Shown: positions 1-10,287 of the stretch, in pieces | How positions within the stretch are numbered: position 1 is the first letter of the stretch | How the letters are laid out: each line of letters starts with the position of its first letter | Origin: Promethearchaeota archaeon | GTDB lineage: Archaea; Asgardarchaeota; Hermodarchaeia; Hermodarchaeales; Hermodarchaeaceae | Length of the DNA stretch: 56,983 bases | Direction: 5' to 3' | Assembly: GCA_048938385.1 (NCBI GenBank) | Contig: JBHLMG010000004.1 | Coordinates: forward strand, 1 to 56,983 | Position numbers and translations under genes: made by a program | Notes under the pieces: model-generated | What the model was told of the DNA's origin: nothing | Seen by the model: only the letters and a program-made list of their open reading frames with translations | Databases searched by the model: none

Positions 1-2
1 CA

Positions 3-1907
3 AAAAGCAGCAAGAGGCGAAAACAAAAAACAGCCCTGAAGGAAGCACCAGAGGATAAGTCATGGTCGCGGGTAGCGGTTGATGCCAATTTCTTCATTCT
101 CGCCTTTGCTCAGAACCCGCAGACGATTCATAGATTCAAAGAAATCGCAGACCGCGTGGCCTTCAAACTCTATACCTCGCCCCAAATCCTGAATGAATTG
201 CGTGGCAAACTACGAAAAGAAGTCAGACAAGTTGTCGAAGTTCTTGATGTTTCACAAAAAGAGTTAGACGCCTACATTGAAAAAGCTCGAGACCGAGTAG
301 ATCGAATACCACAAGCCCCTGATCTCTCATTACTGATTGTGCTCAATAAGCTTCATGAGAGTCGTCTAATTAGTTCAGATTTTCAGCTGCTTCAATCTCT
401 TCGCAATCTTGAACCAGAAATTGAAGGGCTCATGGGGAGTGCTTTTCTACTTCATCTTCTTGAAAGGAGTCATGAAGACGCTGAGGATACTGCCTTTCTA
501 GAAGACTTACGGGAACGCATACTACATACCGAGATTAAATATAGTATCACTCGTCGGAGCGTGTACGATCCTACAACTCGCATTAAATTAATTGAAAACC
601 AAGCCTTTCAAGTCGTCCGTTCTTTACGAGGTCCACGAATTGCTGAAGAAGATCTCGTTGGGATGACAGATGAAGAAGCACTAGGCCTTAGTACTTATTT
701 GCAAGAACTCCGACGAAGCTACGCAAGCTATGTAAATAAGATTCAAGAACAAAACTACCGTGAAGCCCTGGAGGAAATCGAAGCAGCGCGTGAAGAACTA
801 AATAACCATCTAGTCCTTCTGGCTTGGGAACTTTCTGCAACCGCGCACCGAAAGCTCATCAGAGAAATCTCTCCTGACTTGGTGCTATTGAACTATCTTG
901 CTGCACTATGTTTCCTTTATCTAGGCGAAAAAACTGATTTAGAAAACGCAAAACACGCCATAGAAGAATGCAACAGAATCCTCCTCAATGTCCGACCTGA
1001 TACGACCACTTTTCGTCGTCTAATGATTATGACCCATACTTTGCGAATTACCATCAACCTCCTGCTCGAAGATTTTGAAGCCGCCACGATGTACTTTACA
1101 ATTTTCGCTCGAAAAACCCAAGAATGGGGAATTGCCAATGACCAAGCTACGGCCCAGGCACTTTACCTAGCTCTGCTTGTAATCCGTGGAGAAATTACCT
1201 CGACCGAGTTCCCCTCAATTACAGACCCTGAAGAAGTTCTTCGATTTCTAATTGATCTGTCTTCCATCTACTTTTCTCTGCGGCGATTCGTAGAAGCCTG
1301 GAAACTTCTCAATCAAATCATATTAATTATCAAATACTTCGAATTGTTTGAAATCCTCGAACCTGTTCTACAGCGAATGAGTTTGGTGTATTACGCTGAA
1401 GGGCGACAAAAAAAGGATGAATTCATTGCAGTAACAAAAGATCTTCGAAAATGGCTTCACACCAACGGTATGTCTACAGACCTCGTTGATGATTTAATCA
1501 AAGAACTAGCAGAAAAAGTCAAACCCTCTCCCGATTATTTCACCGAGAAAAGCTTGCCATTCGATGAATTACACCCGGATTTACAAGAATGGTTTACAGT
1601 TATTGATCGCGTTGATACTGTGTTGTTACAAGGCAGCATTATCATCTGTCGGAGCCGGAAACTGATGTGGAATATTGCCCTTCTAATTCAAGGGGTACTC
1701 CAAGAAGAAAGAGCTAAGGGCGGTGACCAAGTACGGTTAGGTGAAGGAAAATTCAAAGTTACAGATCCCCCTCCCAGTCTAAAAGAGCGGTATCGCATTC
1801 TTGCTTTAATTCACTCTGACCCCACAGGAAGTAGCCGGATTTACATTCGTGGAGGTGAAGGCCAAAGGCTACTCCAACTTGGCACTCTCCTCGAAGATCG
1901 CATCTAA
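3..1907 (+). CDS. PIN-domain protein with long helical (TPR-like) region, 5'-truncated by the window edge
   Basis: The frame of ORF 156..1907 stays open back to nt 3 and adds ...WSRVAVDANFFIL. PIN-type acidic residues appear in VDAN, ILNEL, APDLSL and SSDFQL. The middle is helical and the C-terminus is beta-rich. Confidence 0.7.
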   Translation, partial: KSSKRRKQKTALKEAPEDKSWSRVAVDANFFILAFAQNPQTIHRFKEIADRVAFKLYTSPQILNELRGKLRKEVRQVVEVLDVSQKELDAYIEKARDRVDRIPQAPDLSLLIVLNKLHESRLISSDFQLLQSLRNLEPEIEGLMGSAFLLHLLERSHEDAEDTAFLEDLRERILHTEIKYSITRRSVYDPTTRIKLIENQAFQVVRSLRGPRIAEEDLVGMTDEEALGLSTYLQELRRSYASYVNKIQEQNYREALEEIEAAREELNNHLVLLAWELSATAHRKLIREISPDLVLLNYLAALCFLYLGEKTDLENAKHAIEECNRILLNVRPDTTTFRRLMIMTHTLRITINLLLEDFEAATMYFTIFARKTQEWGIANDQATAQALYLALLVIRGEITSTEFPSITDPEEVLRFLIDLSSIYFSLRRFVEAWKLLNQIILIIKYFELFEILEPVLQRMSLVYYAEGRQKKDEFIAVTKDLRKWLHTNGMSTDLVDDLIKELAEKVKPSPDYFTEKSLPFDELHPDLQEWFTVIDRVDTVLLQGSIIICRSRKLMWNIALLIQGVLQEERAKGGDQVRLGEGKFKVTDPPPSLKERYRILALIHSDPTGSSRIYIRGGEGQRLLQLGTLLEDRI

Positions 1908-1936
1908 ATTGGAACCCTCCTAGGTGACTGCAACAA

Positions 1937-3217
1937 ATGGTGTTGCGACTACAATATCTGAAATATCAAGTTAAGGGGACGCAGCTATTTCCATACTTTC
2001 TCCTTCATCCACGCGATCAAGCCCTCCCTCAACGGCTCATTGACTACATGGAGGGGCATATTGGCGAACCTAAGAGATCCATTGACTTCGACACTCCACT
2101 TACTTGGGCTCCTGATACTCGGATCGTTCGCGCACTCCTTTCCACACTTTTCCGTCGATACTATTCTTTGAATCCTCAAGAAATAACCGAAATCCTTCCC
2201 ACACCACAACTAGTACAAGTTCAGCGTCAAGGAATTGCTTCCTTAGAAGATTTTCGTTTATGGTTCTGGAAATATATCCAAAAACACCATAACGGCTTCT
2301 TTCCACGAAGAATGCGTTCAGAGGTTTTAACTAGCGTGGCTCAGGCTCTTCGACTGGCACCTGACAAGGTGGAACCACTACTAATTGCCCACCGTGAACA
2401 AAACTCGATTCTTCACCGTAATAACACAACTCCCTCATCAAAGGAACTAATTGGTGCATACAATTACGAAGTGTTAGAAACACTGCTCTTTAACAGCGAT
2501 ACTGTGAATCTACTACTCAGCGGCGTCAGCTTAGGAGCAACAGCACGAACCTTACTTAAGTACACAAAACGATATGGTGTTCTTGTTGACTTAGAATCAC
2601 CAAATAAGACCCTTCGCGTCTCTATTACCGGACCTCGCGTCTTCTTCGGTCGCGCCTCTTCTTTTGGTTGGAATATCGCCCAAGTCATATCTCATCTCCT
2701 CCAAGAAGCACCAAGTCTTGGTATTGACATAACAGCGATTTCCATCGATGTAATTCTACGAGACCGTCATTATGTGGTGACCCTTGATAAAGGTGCAGTT
2801 CCTGAAATAATACACAAAGACCCAATTCGAGAGGAAGATGTGTTCGTAGATTCAAAAGTGGAAAAGCAGTTCTACTGGAGTTGGTATAACAACAAATTCC
2901 GTGGGTGGGATATCATTCGAGAACCAGAAGCTTTCATATTTGGCTCTCAGCTTATTATACCAGATTTTGCCCTTGTCAAGGACAATCAGCGTGTTCTAGT
3001 TGAAATTATTGGGTATTGGCGTGAAGAATACACTCAGAAAAAACGCGCGCAACTTGAACGCCTAAAACAAAGCGGATTGCAACACATGATATTACTCGTT
3101 GATACGAAACACCGCCGGCACTTCACTAAATCCATCTATCCAACGGTCTTTTACAGGACGAAAGGGAATCGCTATGAGATTCCTTATGGTAAAGTCCTGA
3201 AATTCCTGCCTAGTTGA
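1937..3217 (+). CDS. DUF790 / Bax1-like PD-(D/E)xK endonuclease
   Basis: Motifs DSKVEKQF, WDIIREPE, IPDF and VEIIGYWREEY..KK, plus YN..LETLLF and ITGP..F, are typical of DUF790. Confidence 0.85.
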   Translation: MVLRLQYLKYQVKGTQLFPYFLLHPRDQALPQRLIDYMEGHIGEPKRSIDFDTPLTWAPDTRIVRALLSTLFRRYYSLNPQEITEILPTPQLVQVQRQGIASLEDFRLWFWKYIQKHHNGFFPRRMRSEVLTSVAQALRLAPDKVEPLLIAHREQNSILHRNNTTPSSKELIGAYNYEVLETLLFNSDTVNLLLSGVSLGATARTLLKYTKRYGVLVDLESPNKTLRVSITGPRVFFGRASSFGWNIAQVISHLLQEAPSLGIDITAISIDVILRDRHYVVTLDKGAVPEIIHKDPIREEDVFVDSKVEKQFYWSWYNNKFRGWDIIREPEAFIFGSQLIIPDFALVKDNQRVLVEIIGYWREEYTQKKRAQLERLKQSGLQHMILLVDTKHRRHFTKSIYPTVFYRTKGNRYEIPYGKVLKFLPS

Positions 3218-3434
3218 ACCAAAGTCCTTCAGATTATCGACACCTTTCGTGAAAACGCTTTAACGGATATTTTAAATAGAAGAATCAAAACCTGATTGCC
3301 AAGACGAACATTAGGATGGGCTGATGCCTTGGAATTTCTAAAACTCTAATTCACCTTGTATTATACTTAACCCCCATACTTTATGCCCCATCAGCCCCTA
3401 TAACCATCTCAACTACTAATCGGAGGAAGGCAAG

Positions 3435-4976
3435 ATGACATACCAGCTTTCAACAAAAGCCCAACAGATTCTTGATCACTTACAGACAACACAAAGAGCT
3501 GTGAGCCCCTCTGATATCGCAGCAGCTTTAAACTTGAATCTTGAAACAGTTCGTAGTTTAATTGAAAGCCTTCGACAGCAGAAACTCATTCAAGATCATG
3601 AAATATCGACGCGACGATACTACAGACTATCTACCGAAGGTAAACGGTTTGCGAAACAGGAACTTCCTGAAATTCGTCTGGTGAAGGCACTATTGAAACA
3701 TGACCAAGAAACCTCACTTTCAACACTACTTACTAATTCGGGCTTGGGAAAAGTTGATGGCCAAATTGGTCTCGGTTGGGCACGAAGGAATGGATGGATT
3801 ACTGTTACAAAGAGTGGTGATCAAACCCGGCTTCGACTAGCGCCTAACGCAAAATCGAAAATCAGCCAACATCCACTTCAACTGGCCTTGAACACAGGAC
3901 TGGACACCGGTGAATTTGGGCTAGAAGGCACTGACATCCCCCCCTCCGAATGGAAATCCGTTCAACAAGACTTGGAAAAAAGAAAACTAGCAGAGCTAGT
4001 TACCCAAAAAACCATCACGGTCCTCATTACTTCCACGGGTCGTCATGCACTTCAACTTGCTCGCGAACAAAAAGATTTGATTGGAGACTTATCGCCAGAT
4101 CTCTTGAAGTCAGGAGTCTGGAGGGAACACGGTTTTCGTCCCTACAATCTACAAGCTCCTACCTCCTCCTTGTATTCGGGGAAAAAACATCCCTACCTCG
4201 AATTCATCGATTATGTTACTCGTGTTCTCATTGGATTAGGCTTTCAAGAGGCAAAAGGACCTCTTGTGGAAACTGAATTCTGGAATTCTGACGCCCTCTT
4301 CATGCCACAGGACCATGTTGCGAGAGAAGTTCATGATCTCTATCATATTAAAACGCCTAAGGGTCCAGGTCGAATTACAGACAAAACCATTCTCGAACGC
4401 GTAGCAAAAACCCATGAAGATGGTTGGATCACAGGTTCAACAGGATGGCGTTACACTTACAATCCTACTATCGCCCGGCGCCTCGTCCTCCGTAGTCAAA
4501 CAACTGCAGTGTCTGTTCGATATCTTAGCCAACATCAAAAAGCTCCCCTTCGGATGTTCAGCATTGACCGCAATTTCCGCCCAGAAAAGTTTGATGCCAC
4601 CCACTCGGCTGAGTTCCTCCAATGCGAAGGCATTATTGGTGGTGAAGCCCTCACACTCCGTGATTTAATGGGATATCTTTGTGCGATTGCTGAAGGAGTG
4701 GGAATCAAACAAATCAAGTTCAAACCCGGCTTCTTTCCCTTCACTGAGCCTTCAATTGAGGGATTCATTCATATTCCTGGACTTGGCTGGAAGGAAGCTT
4801 TACCCGGTGGAATCTTTCGTCCAGAAGTCACTCGACCCCTCGGAATTGACTTCCCGGTCCTTGCTTGGGGGATCGGTATTGACCGTCTAGCCATGGCTGC
4901 AATGGGTATTAACGACATTCGTGAACTCGCAACACGCAACCTTGGGTGGCTTCGAGGGGCTTCAATGCGTTTCTAA
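3435..4976 (+). CDS. pheS: Phenylalanyl-tRNA synthetase alpha subunit (archaeal type, N-terminal wHTH domains)
   Basis: Motifs GKKHP, FWNSDALFMPQDHVARE, DRNFRPE..DATHSAEF, FFPFTEPS and LAWGIGIDRLAM. Confidence 0.97.
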   Translation: MTYQLSTKAQQILDHLQTTQRAVSPSDIAAALNLNLETVRSLIESLRQQKLIQDHEISTRRYYRLSTEGKRFAKQELPEIRLVKALLKHDQETSLSTLLTNSGLGKVDGQIGLGWARRNGWITVTKSGDQTRLRLAPNAKSKISQHPLQLALNTGLDTGEFGLEGTDIPPSEWKSVQQDLEKRKLAELVTQKTITVLITSTGRHALQLAREQKDLIGDLSPDLLKSGVWREHGFRPYNLQAPTSSLYSGKKHPYLEFIDYVTRVLIGLGFQEAKGPLVETEFWNSDALFMPQDHVAREVHDLYHIKTPKGPGRITDKTILERVAKTHEDGWITGSTGWRYTYNPTIARRLVLRSQTTAVSVRYLSQHQKAPLRMFSIDRNFRPEKFDATHSAEFLQCEGIIGGEALTLRDLMGYLCAIAEGVGIKQIKFKPGFFPFTEPSIEGFIHIPGLGWKEALPGGIFRPEVTRPLGIDFPVLAWGIGIDRLAMAAMGINDIRELATRNLGWLRGASMRF

Positions 4977-4979
4977 GGG

Positions 4980-6659
4980 GTGAGCACGATGAATGTAGAT
5001 GTCAGACTCTCAGATTTGCTTCAACTCATTGGAAAAGATCTTTCACCCGATACCTTGGAAGAACAGCTCTTCCTGTTGAAGTGTGAGATTGATCAGATAG
5101 TAAACAATATTGCAACAATCGAAGTTAATCCCGACCGCGTTGATATGCTCTCCACTGAGGGCATTGCTCGGGCTCTTCGTGGTTTTTTAAATATTGATCT
5201 AGGCGCTCCAAGTTATCCGGTGAAAAAAACAAAATGGCAAGCTATTGTTGATTCCTCGGTAGAAAAAATTCGACCCTATCTTGCCTGTGCCATCGTCCGC
5301 AACATCAAGCTTGACGATGAACTCATCGCTGAACTAATGCAACTCCAAGAACGCCTCACAGGAACCTTTGGGCGCAATCGGAAACGCGCCAGTATTGGTT
5401 TGTACGCTCTAGATCTCATTACTCCCCCTATCCAATACAAAACTGCACCACCAAATCAAATTCGGTTTACGCCCCTCGAACACGATCAGGTGATGACTGC
5501 AAAACAGATACTTCGCGAGCACCCTAAGGGGCAAGAGTTTGGCCCGATTATTCAACGCTATCCTCAATATCCGGTTCTCATCGATGCTAAAAACCAGGTG
5601 CTTAGTCTACCTCCTATAATTAACAGCAACGATCTCGGGCGAGTTGTCGAAACCACTGCAAACCTCTTCGTTGAAGTCACAGGAACACACAAACTTACAA
5701 CCCTCCAATCTCTAAACATAATGATCGCGGCATTAGCTGATCGAGGTGGGGCTTTAGCAGATGTTGAAGTCGTCTACCCAAACTATAGTGAAAGACTTCC
5801 CGACTTGAGTCTTCAACAACGGGAAGTCTCTCTCGATTATATTCGTCGAATGATAGGCTACGATTTTGACAAAGCTACAGTTCAACAAGCTTTAGCCCGA
5901 ATGCGCATTAACTCGACGGTTCAAGCTAATGTAGTCAAAGTGAGAATCCCAGCGTATCGTGTTGATATCCTCCACGATGTGGACATAGTTGAAGATATCG
6001 CTATCGGCTATGGTTTTGATCGCATTGAACCGACAATGCCCAAAACTATGACTGTCGGTGAGGAACTTCCACAATCGAGATTTCTACGAATCATTCGTGA
6101 CCTTATGATTGGCTTAGGCTACCAGGAAATCAGAAACTACGCCTTAACGAATAAACGCGTTCTCTTCGAGCAAATGAACCTCCCAGCTAAAGGCGCAGTT
6201 GAAGTAGCGAACCCCAAGTCCATGGAATATCACCTCGTTCGTAACAGCCTTTTACCTGGCATTCTCGATTTTCTAAGCGAAAATACTGCACAAGAACTCC
6301 CCCACCGAGTCTTCGAAGCCGGCGATGTAGTTCTCATAGACTCAAAGGCTGAGACTTGCACTCGTACTGTTCTTCATCTGGCTGCGGCAACAGTGAGCTC
6401 TCGTGTTGACATAACCTCATTGAAAGCGGAACTAATGACCCTTCTTACTAATCTCGGTTTAGTCGGGAAGGTCACCTCGACTACTCATCCCTCCTTCATT
6501 GATGGTCGAGTAGGCAGCCTTTTCGTTGAACGGAAAAAAATTGGGTATCTTGGAGAGGTTCATCCTGTGGTTTTACACAACTTTGGAATTGAAGCGCCTT
6601 GTGTTGCTTTTGAACTAAATGTTCTTGAAGATTGGATAACCTCAAGCACAAAAGGATGA
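4980..6659 (+). CDS. pheT: Phenylalanyl-tRNA synthetase beta subunit
   Basis: Motifs NPDRVDMLSTEGIARAL, LSLPPIINS, PAYRVDILHDVDIVEDIAIGYG and GEVHP; lies directly after pheS. Confidence 0.97.
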   Translation: MSTMNVDVRLSDLLQLIGKDLSPDTLEEQLFLLKCEIDQIVNNIATIEVNPDRVDMLSTEGIARALRGFLNIDLGAPSYPVKKTKWQAIVDSSVEKIRPYLACAIVRNIKLDDELIAELMQLQERLTGTFGRNRKRASIGLYALDLITPPIQYKTAPPNQIRFTPLEHDQVMTAKQILREHPKGQEFGPIIQRYPQYPVLIDAKNQVLSLPPIINSNDLGRVVETTANLFVEVTGTHKLTTLQSLNIMIAALADRGGALADVEVVYPNYSERLPDLSLQQREVSLDYIRRMIGYDFDKATVQQALARMRINSTVQANVVKVRIPAYRVDILHDVDIVEDIAIGYGFDRIEPTMPKTMTVGEELPQSRFLRIIRDLMIGLGYQEIRNYALTNKRVLFEQMNLPAKGAVEVANPKSMEYHLVRNSLLPGILDFLSENTAQELPHRVFEAGDVVLIDSKAETCTRTVLHLAAATVSSRVDITSLKAELMTLLTNLGLVGKVTSTTHPSFIDGRVGSLFVERKKIGYLGEVHPVVLHNFGIEAPCVAFELNVLEDWITSSTKG

Positions 6660-6741
6660 TGTCGCCCGTAAGATTAAATTGCTAGATAACTAGAATAGTC
6701 GAGTACCGTTCATCCTTGAGCTTTGGGCTCAAAAGGAGTTT

Positions 6742-7593
6742 ATGAACACACCTGTGTGGTGTAACATCTTGGGAAAACGTACTTCACTTCTTTCGCGTCT
6801 TGTGCAACTTACCGCCATCATATATTTCGTTTACGGGTTTTACCGACTCTATGTGTACTTTACAGGGTGGCTCGAACCCCCTGAGTACATGATTTATGCC
6901 ATTTTCGCCACGATCATCGTTGGAATTGGTATCCTGGTTTTTGATTCAGTTTACAAACCAGGTAATGACTATGTTCGATGGGCCTTTCTCGCAGGCGTCG
7001 GCCTTCTTTCTCTAATAATTGGTATCTTCTTCATGTTTTTCCCCGAATTCAAACTAGACTTTCAAATCACTGGGATTTGGCCTCGCGCCCTCTTCTTCAT
7101 AGTTATGGGATTAATAGTCATCATCGAATCACTTCTCGTTCGTCGTGATGTCATTTCTGGCTCAACTGGAGTCAATAATGATACTGTCGGCCCTCTCCTC
7201 TTGAAATTCGCGGCTATGTTCGCTTTTGCCTGGGGCATTTATCAAATGGCCTGGGTCGTTGTCCCGGTCCTTCGTGGCGTACTGCTAACATCGATTCTAC
7301 CGTTATTTTTCTCCGCGCTGGGGTTTGTCTTTGCAGGACTTACGCTGATCGTGTATGTGGAAAGCCAAAAACGACAACCTCACTTTCGTGCACGCCGATT
7401 TCCCCTTCTTATGACTCTTCTCCTAACTCTCCTAATTCTGCCGATCACGACGACTTACCTATACATCTACCTAATTCTGGCTATTACAGAAACTTTCACT
7501 CTCTTCATAAATGCCCTTGTGGGGTTGGTAACTACTCTCGCTCTCCTCATCACATCCTTCCACATTGTGCATCACCCGACCAAAGCCCGCTAG
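6742..7593 (+). CDS. Polytopic membrane protein, unknown function
   Basis: About 8 hydrophobic segments and no recognised motif. Confidence 0.65.
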   Translation: MNTPVWCNILGKRTSLLSRLVQLTAIIYFVYGFYRLYVYFTGWLEPPEYMIYAIFATIIVGIGILVFDSVYKPGNDYVRWAFLAGVGLLSLIIGIFFMFFPEFKLDFQITGIWPRALFFIVMGLIVIIESLLVRRDVISGSTGVNNDTVGPLLLKFAAMFAFAWGIYQMAWVVVPVLRGVLLTSILPLFFSALGFVFAGLTLIVYVESQKRQPHFRARRFPLLMTLLLTLLILPITTTYLYIYLILAITETFTLFINALVGLVTTLALLITSFHIVHHPTKAR

Positions 7594-7612
7594 CTTTGGT
7601 CCTCTCTCCTCT

Positions 7613-8152
7613 TTACAACCCTAAGAGCTGAGATATCTGTGAATTAAGGCTACTCCGGTTTTGTAGCGTCAAGGTCAAGAGAGTGATGTCATTTCGTTCC
7701 TTAATCTGTTTAACAAAGGGTGTTCGCAACTGTAATCCAATTGTGCCAAGAACGGGTTTTGACGAGTCCAAAGCCATAATAACGCTCTCTTGAAACTCAA
7801 GGACCGCCAATTCCATCTTTCCAATCTCATCAATCAAAATCAGATCAGCGGAGGTCATTGCGTCTCTTATGGCCACAACGCCTACATCACGAATTGCAGA
7901 TAAATTTACTCCATACCGCCCCACCCGAATAGGGCTTTCGATATCCACCGCTGCCATGGTCTGCTCTGTTCCTGATAAAACATTACGAATCAGGAATCCT
8001 CCACGTCTTCCGTTACCAAGGCGGAATTCTGGAGTACTGATTCCACCAACACGCACTCCTTGGTGTCTTGCTCTTTCAACCACCCGTTGCAATAGTGTAC
8101 TTTTTCCGGAACCAGGAGCTCCTGTAATCAAGATATTGACTTTTCGTAGCAC
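7613..8152 (-). CDS. NTPase (THEP1/NTPase_1 family)
   Basis: Motifs ITGAPGSGKST, VGRYGVN and LIDEIGKMEL. Confidence 0.92.
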   Translation of the reverse strand: MLRKVNILITGAPGSGKSTLLQRVVERARHQGVRVGGISTPEFRLGNGRRGGFLIRNVLSGTEQTMAAVDIESPIRVGRYGVNLSAIRDVGVVAIRDAMTSADLILIDEIGKMELAVLEFQESVIMALDSSKPVLGTIGLQLRTPFVKQIKERNDITLLTLTLQNRSSLNSQISQLLGL

Positions 8153-8652
8153 TAAGTTTCACCCTGATAGACTCCCGCATAGGGTTGTGTTTCTTGCACC
8201 AATTCGTAAAAGACTAAATGAAGTAGACGGGCATCGGGTTTGACCTGAAAACCATGCGAATTAAACACGGTCAGCAATCCACGAGCTCGTCCTTTATATC
8301 CCGCATCCCACACCGCTGATTCAACCGTGACTCCTGATCGGAGAAGCGAAGAACGGGGGCGTCCAATCGCTATCAGATTGGTGGGTAGTTGCACCACCTC
8401 ATTATAGGTAATTAAATAGGTTCCTGGTTTCAGCTTGTAACACCCATTCTTGATGGGGTGTTCTTCCAGCTTCGGAATATATCGTTCGGCATTCGAAAAA
8501 TCTACCATCCCTGCTTCCTTGAATGTGTAAATCTTATGAAGGGTCAATTCTACCCCATTGGGTGATACCTGAACTCTCGGATCTTTGAGGCTAGTGATCA
8601 GCTTTTGATGAGTTATAAGGTCAAGAATTGTCTGACGATCAAGCACAGTCAT
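8152..8652 (-). CDS. dut: Archaeal dUTPase (dCTP deaminase/dUTPase family)
   Basis: Motifs PNGVELTL, PRSSLLRSG, SAVWDAGYKG and C-terminal YAGVYQG; 166 aa. Confidence 0.85.
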   Translation of the reverse strand: MTVLDRQTILDLITHQKLITSLKDPRVQVSPNGVELTLHKIYTFKEAGMVDFSNAERYIPKLEEHPIKNGCYKLKPGTYLITYNEVVQLPTNLIAIGRPRSSLLRSGVTVESAVWDAGYKGRARGLLTVFNSHGFQVKPDARLLHLVFYELVQETQPYAGVYQGET

Positions 8653-8784
8653 AGCAAGGGTTCACCAATACACAAGGATGATGCTACAGACCTTAAAGAT
8701 GTCTTGTCAACGATAGTTAGATTTGATGTACTAAAAGAGCTGTCAATGGAAAGCCTTTTCCAAAGGACTCGGTAAAGTCAGGCT

Positions 8785-9459
8785 ATGAGGGAGCCTGCGA
8801 AACAATCCGCCATTGTTTGCTGTCCGTTGTGTGGTGAGAATTTATCTGGTTACGCAACTGAGGAGCTCAACACATGTCCTGCCTGTGGCTTTAATCTGCT
8901 TTTAGTTAAGAGATCTGAAACCCCCCAAGTGCCGGCAACGGGTCCGGCTTACGTTCCTCAGTTCACTTACTGGTTAATCCTGATCCAAATCGTTTTAGCT
9001 GTACTCTTTGCATTCCTCTTCCTGTTTTTTGCTAGCTCTTATTATTTCGGAATCCCCATTGTCTTGGCAGTACTCCATCTTGTGTCCATCGGCATACTTA
9101 CAGCATTTTTAATTGCTCTTCGCCGAGAAATGACTATCACCGGTGTTAAAGTTGGGCTCCTAGCGATAGGGATAGTAACCTTGCCAATAGGTGCCTGTGC
9201 CATTTCTGCAGCTCTCTCAATTACCCTCGCACAGCGGTATTGTAGTGCTTGTGGTAAGAAACTTCGAGGAACATCCTATGTTGAATGCCCGCACTGTTTT
9301 GCGTCGATGCACCGTTTGGGTCGCTGTCGTCAAAATCAGTTTCATCAGATTGCCAGCTTACTTGACTATGTGCCTTCTCAATCAGAAATTGAGCAATTTT
9401 GTTCGCAATGTCTTAAGATAATGGATCAAACAGCTCTCCGAGGGAACGAAAATGACTGA
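8785..9459 (+). CDS. Membrane protein with N-terminal zinc ribbon and C-terminal C4HC3 (RING-variant/PHD-like) finger
   Basis: CPLC...CPAC, then about 3 TM helices, then CSAC-x11-CPHC-x4-H-x4-C-x24-CSQC. Confidence 0.65.
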   Translation: MREPAKQSAIVCCPLCGENLSGYATEELNTCPACGFNLLLVKRSETPQVPATGPAYVPQFTYWLILIQIVLAVLFAFLFLFFASSYYFGIPIVLAVLHLVSIGILTAFLIALRREMTITGVKVGLLAIGIVTLPIGACAISAALSITLAQRYCSACGKKLRGTSYVECPHCFASMHRLGRCRQNQFHQIASLLDYVPSQSEIEQFCSQCLKIMDQTALRGNEND

Positions 9460-10276
9460 GAAGCGCTATCACTCTAAGCATTGCCCCTATTGTGCCACGC
9501 CATATAAAACTCCAACCAAATATTGTGAAACATGTGGTGCAGAAAAACTTTGGACTATCAAAGAGCTAGGCGCGACACCCTATCCCTGGTCTCCTAAAAC
9601 TTCCTTTTTCTTGACCATCCTCAGCTATGGGTTATTCACCCTTCTGATTTTCACTATCCTGTTCTACTATATGGTCTTTTTAGGAATCCCGTTTAACTCA
9701 ATTTTCACTGTTCTAACCTTTGATCCCCTTTTCATGGTTCTCCTCACCTTTAGCGAACTCGTCTTTATTCTTGTCCCAATAGCCTATGTATTCAGTCTCA
9801 AAGTTAGCTGGAAAACGCTTGGATTCGCCTCAGGGGGCCTACGAACACTCTTTACTGATGTCTCCTTAGGTCTACTCGTAGGATCTGCGTGTGTCCCATT
9901 AATAGTAGCTCTGGCCTTCAACGAGCTATTTGGTTCAGGGACTCCTACACCACCCCCTGGGCCCACAGATTTATTCTGGGTGGGCATGACGCTGGTTACC
10001 ATCATCCTGATTGTTGCACCTGCAGAAGAAGTACTCTTTCGCGGGTTCCTCCAAAACTCATTGGACGCACACTATGGGCGAATTGGTGGCGTGTTGGTGG
10101 CATCTGTTATTTTTGGTGTTGTACACGCTAATCCCTTGATTGGTGTATATCAGACAATCGTTGGAATTTTTCTTGGACTATTATTCCAGTGGCGTGGGCG
10201 CCGTCTGGTTGCACCAATTGCCGCGCATGCTATCTATGATTGCATTATCATTCTCTTGAATGCCTTTGTGTTCTAA
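9452..10276 (+). CDS. CPBP (type II CAAX/Rce1-like) intramembrane protease with N-terminal zinc ribbon
   Basis: Motifs EEVLFRG, FGVVH and AAHAIYD; N-terminal CPYC...CETC. Confidence 0.9.
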   Translation: MTEKRYHSKHCPYCATPYKTPTKYCETCGAEKLWTIKELGATPYPWSPKTSFFLTILSYGLFTLLIFTILFYYMVFLGIPFNSIFTVLTFDPLFMVLLTFSELVFILVPIAYVFSLKVSWKTLGFASGGLRTLFTDVSLGLLVGSACVPLIVALAFNELFGSGTPTPPPGPTDLFWVGMTLVTIILIVAPAEEVLFRGFLQNSLDAHYGRIGGVLVASVIFGVVHANPLIGVYQTIVGIFLGLLFQWRGRRLVAPIAAHAIYDCIIILLNAFVF

Positions 10277-10287
10277 ATCGTCAAGGA

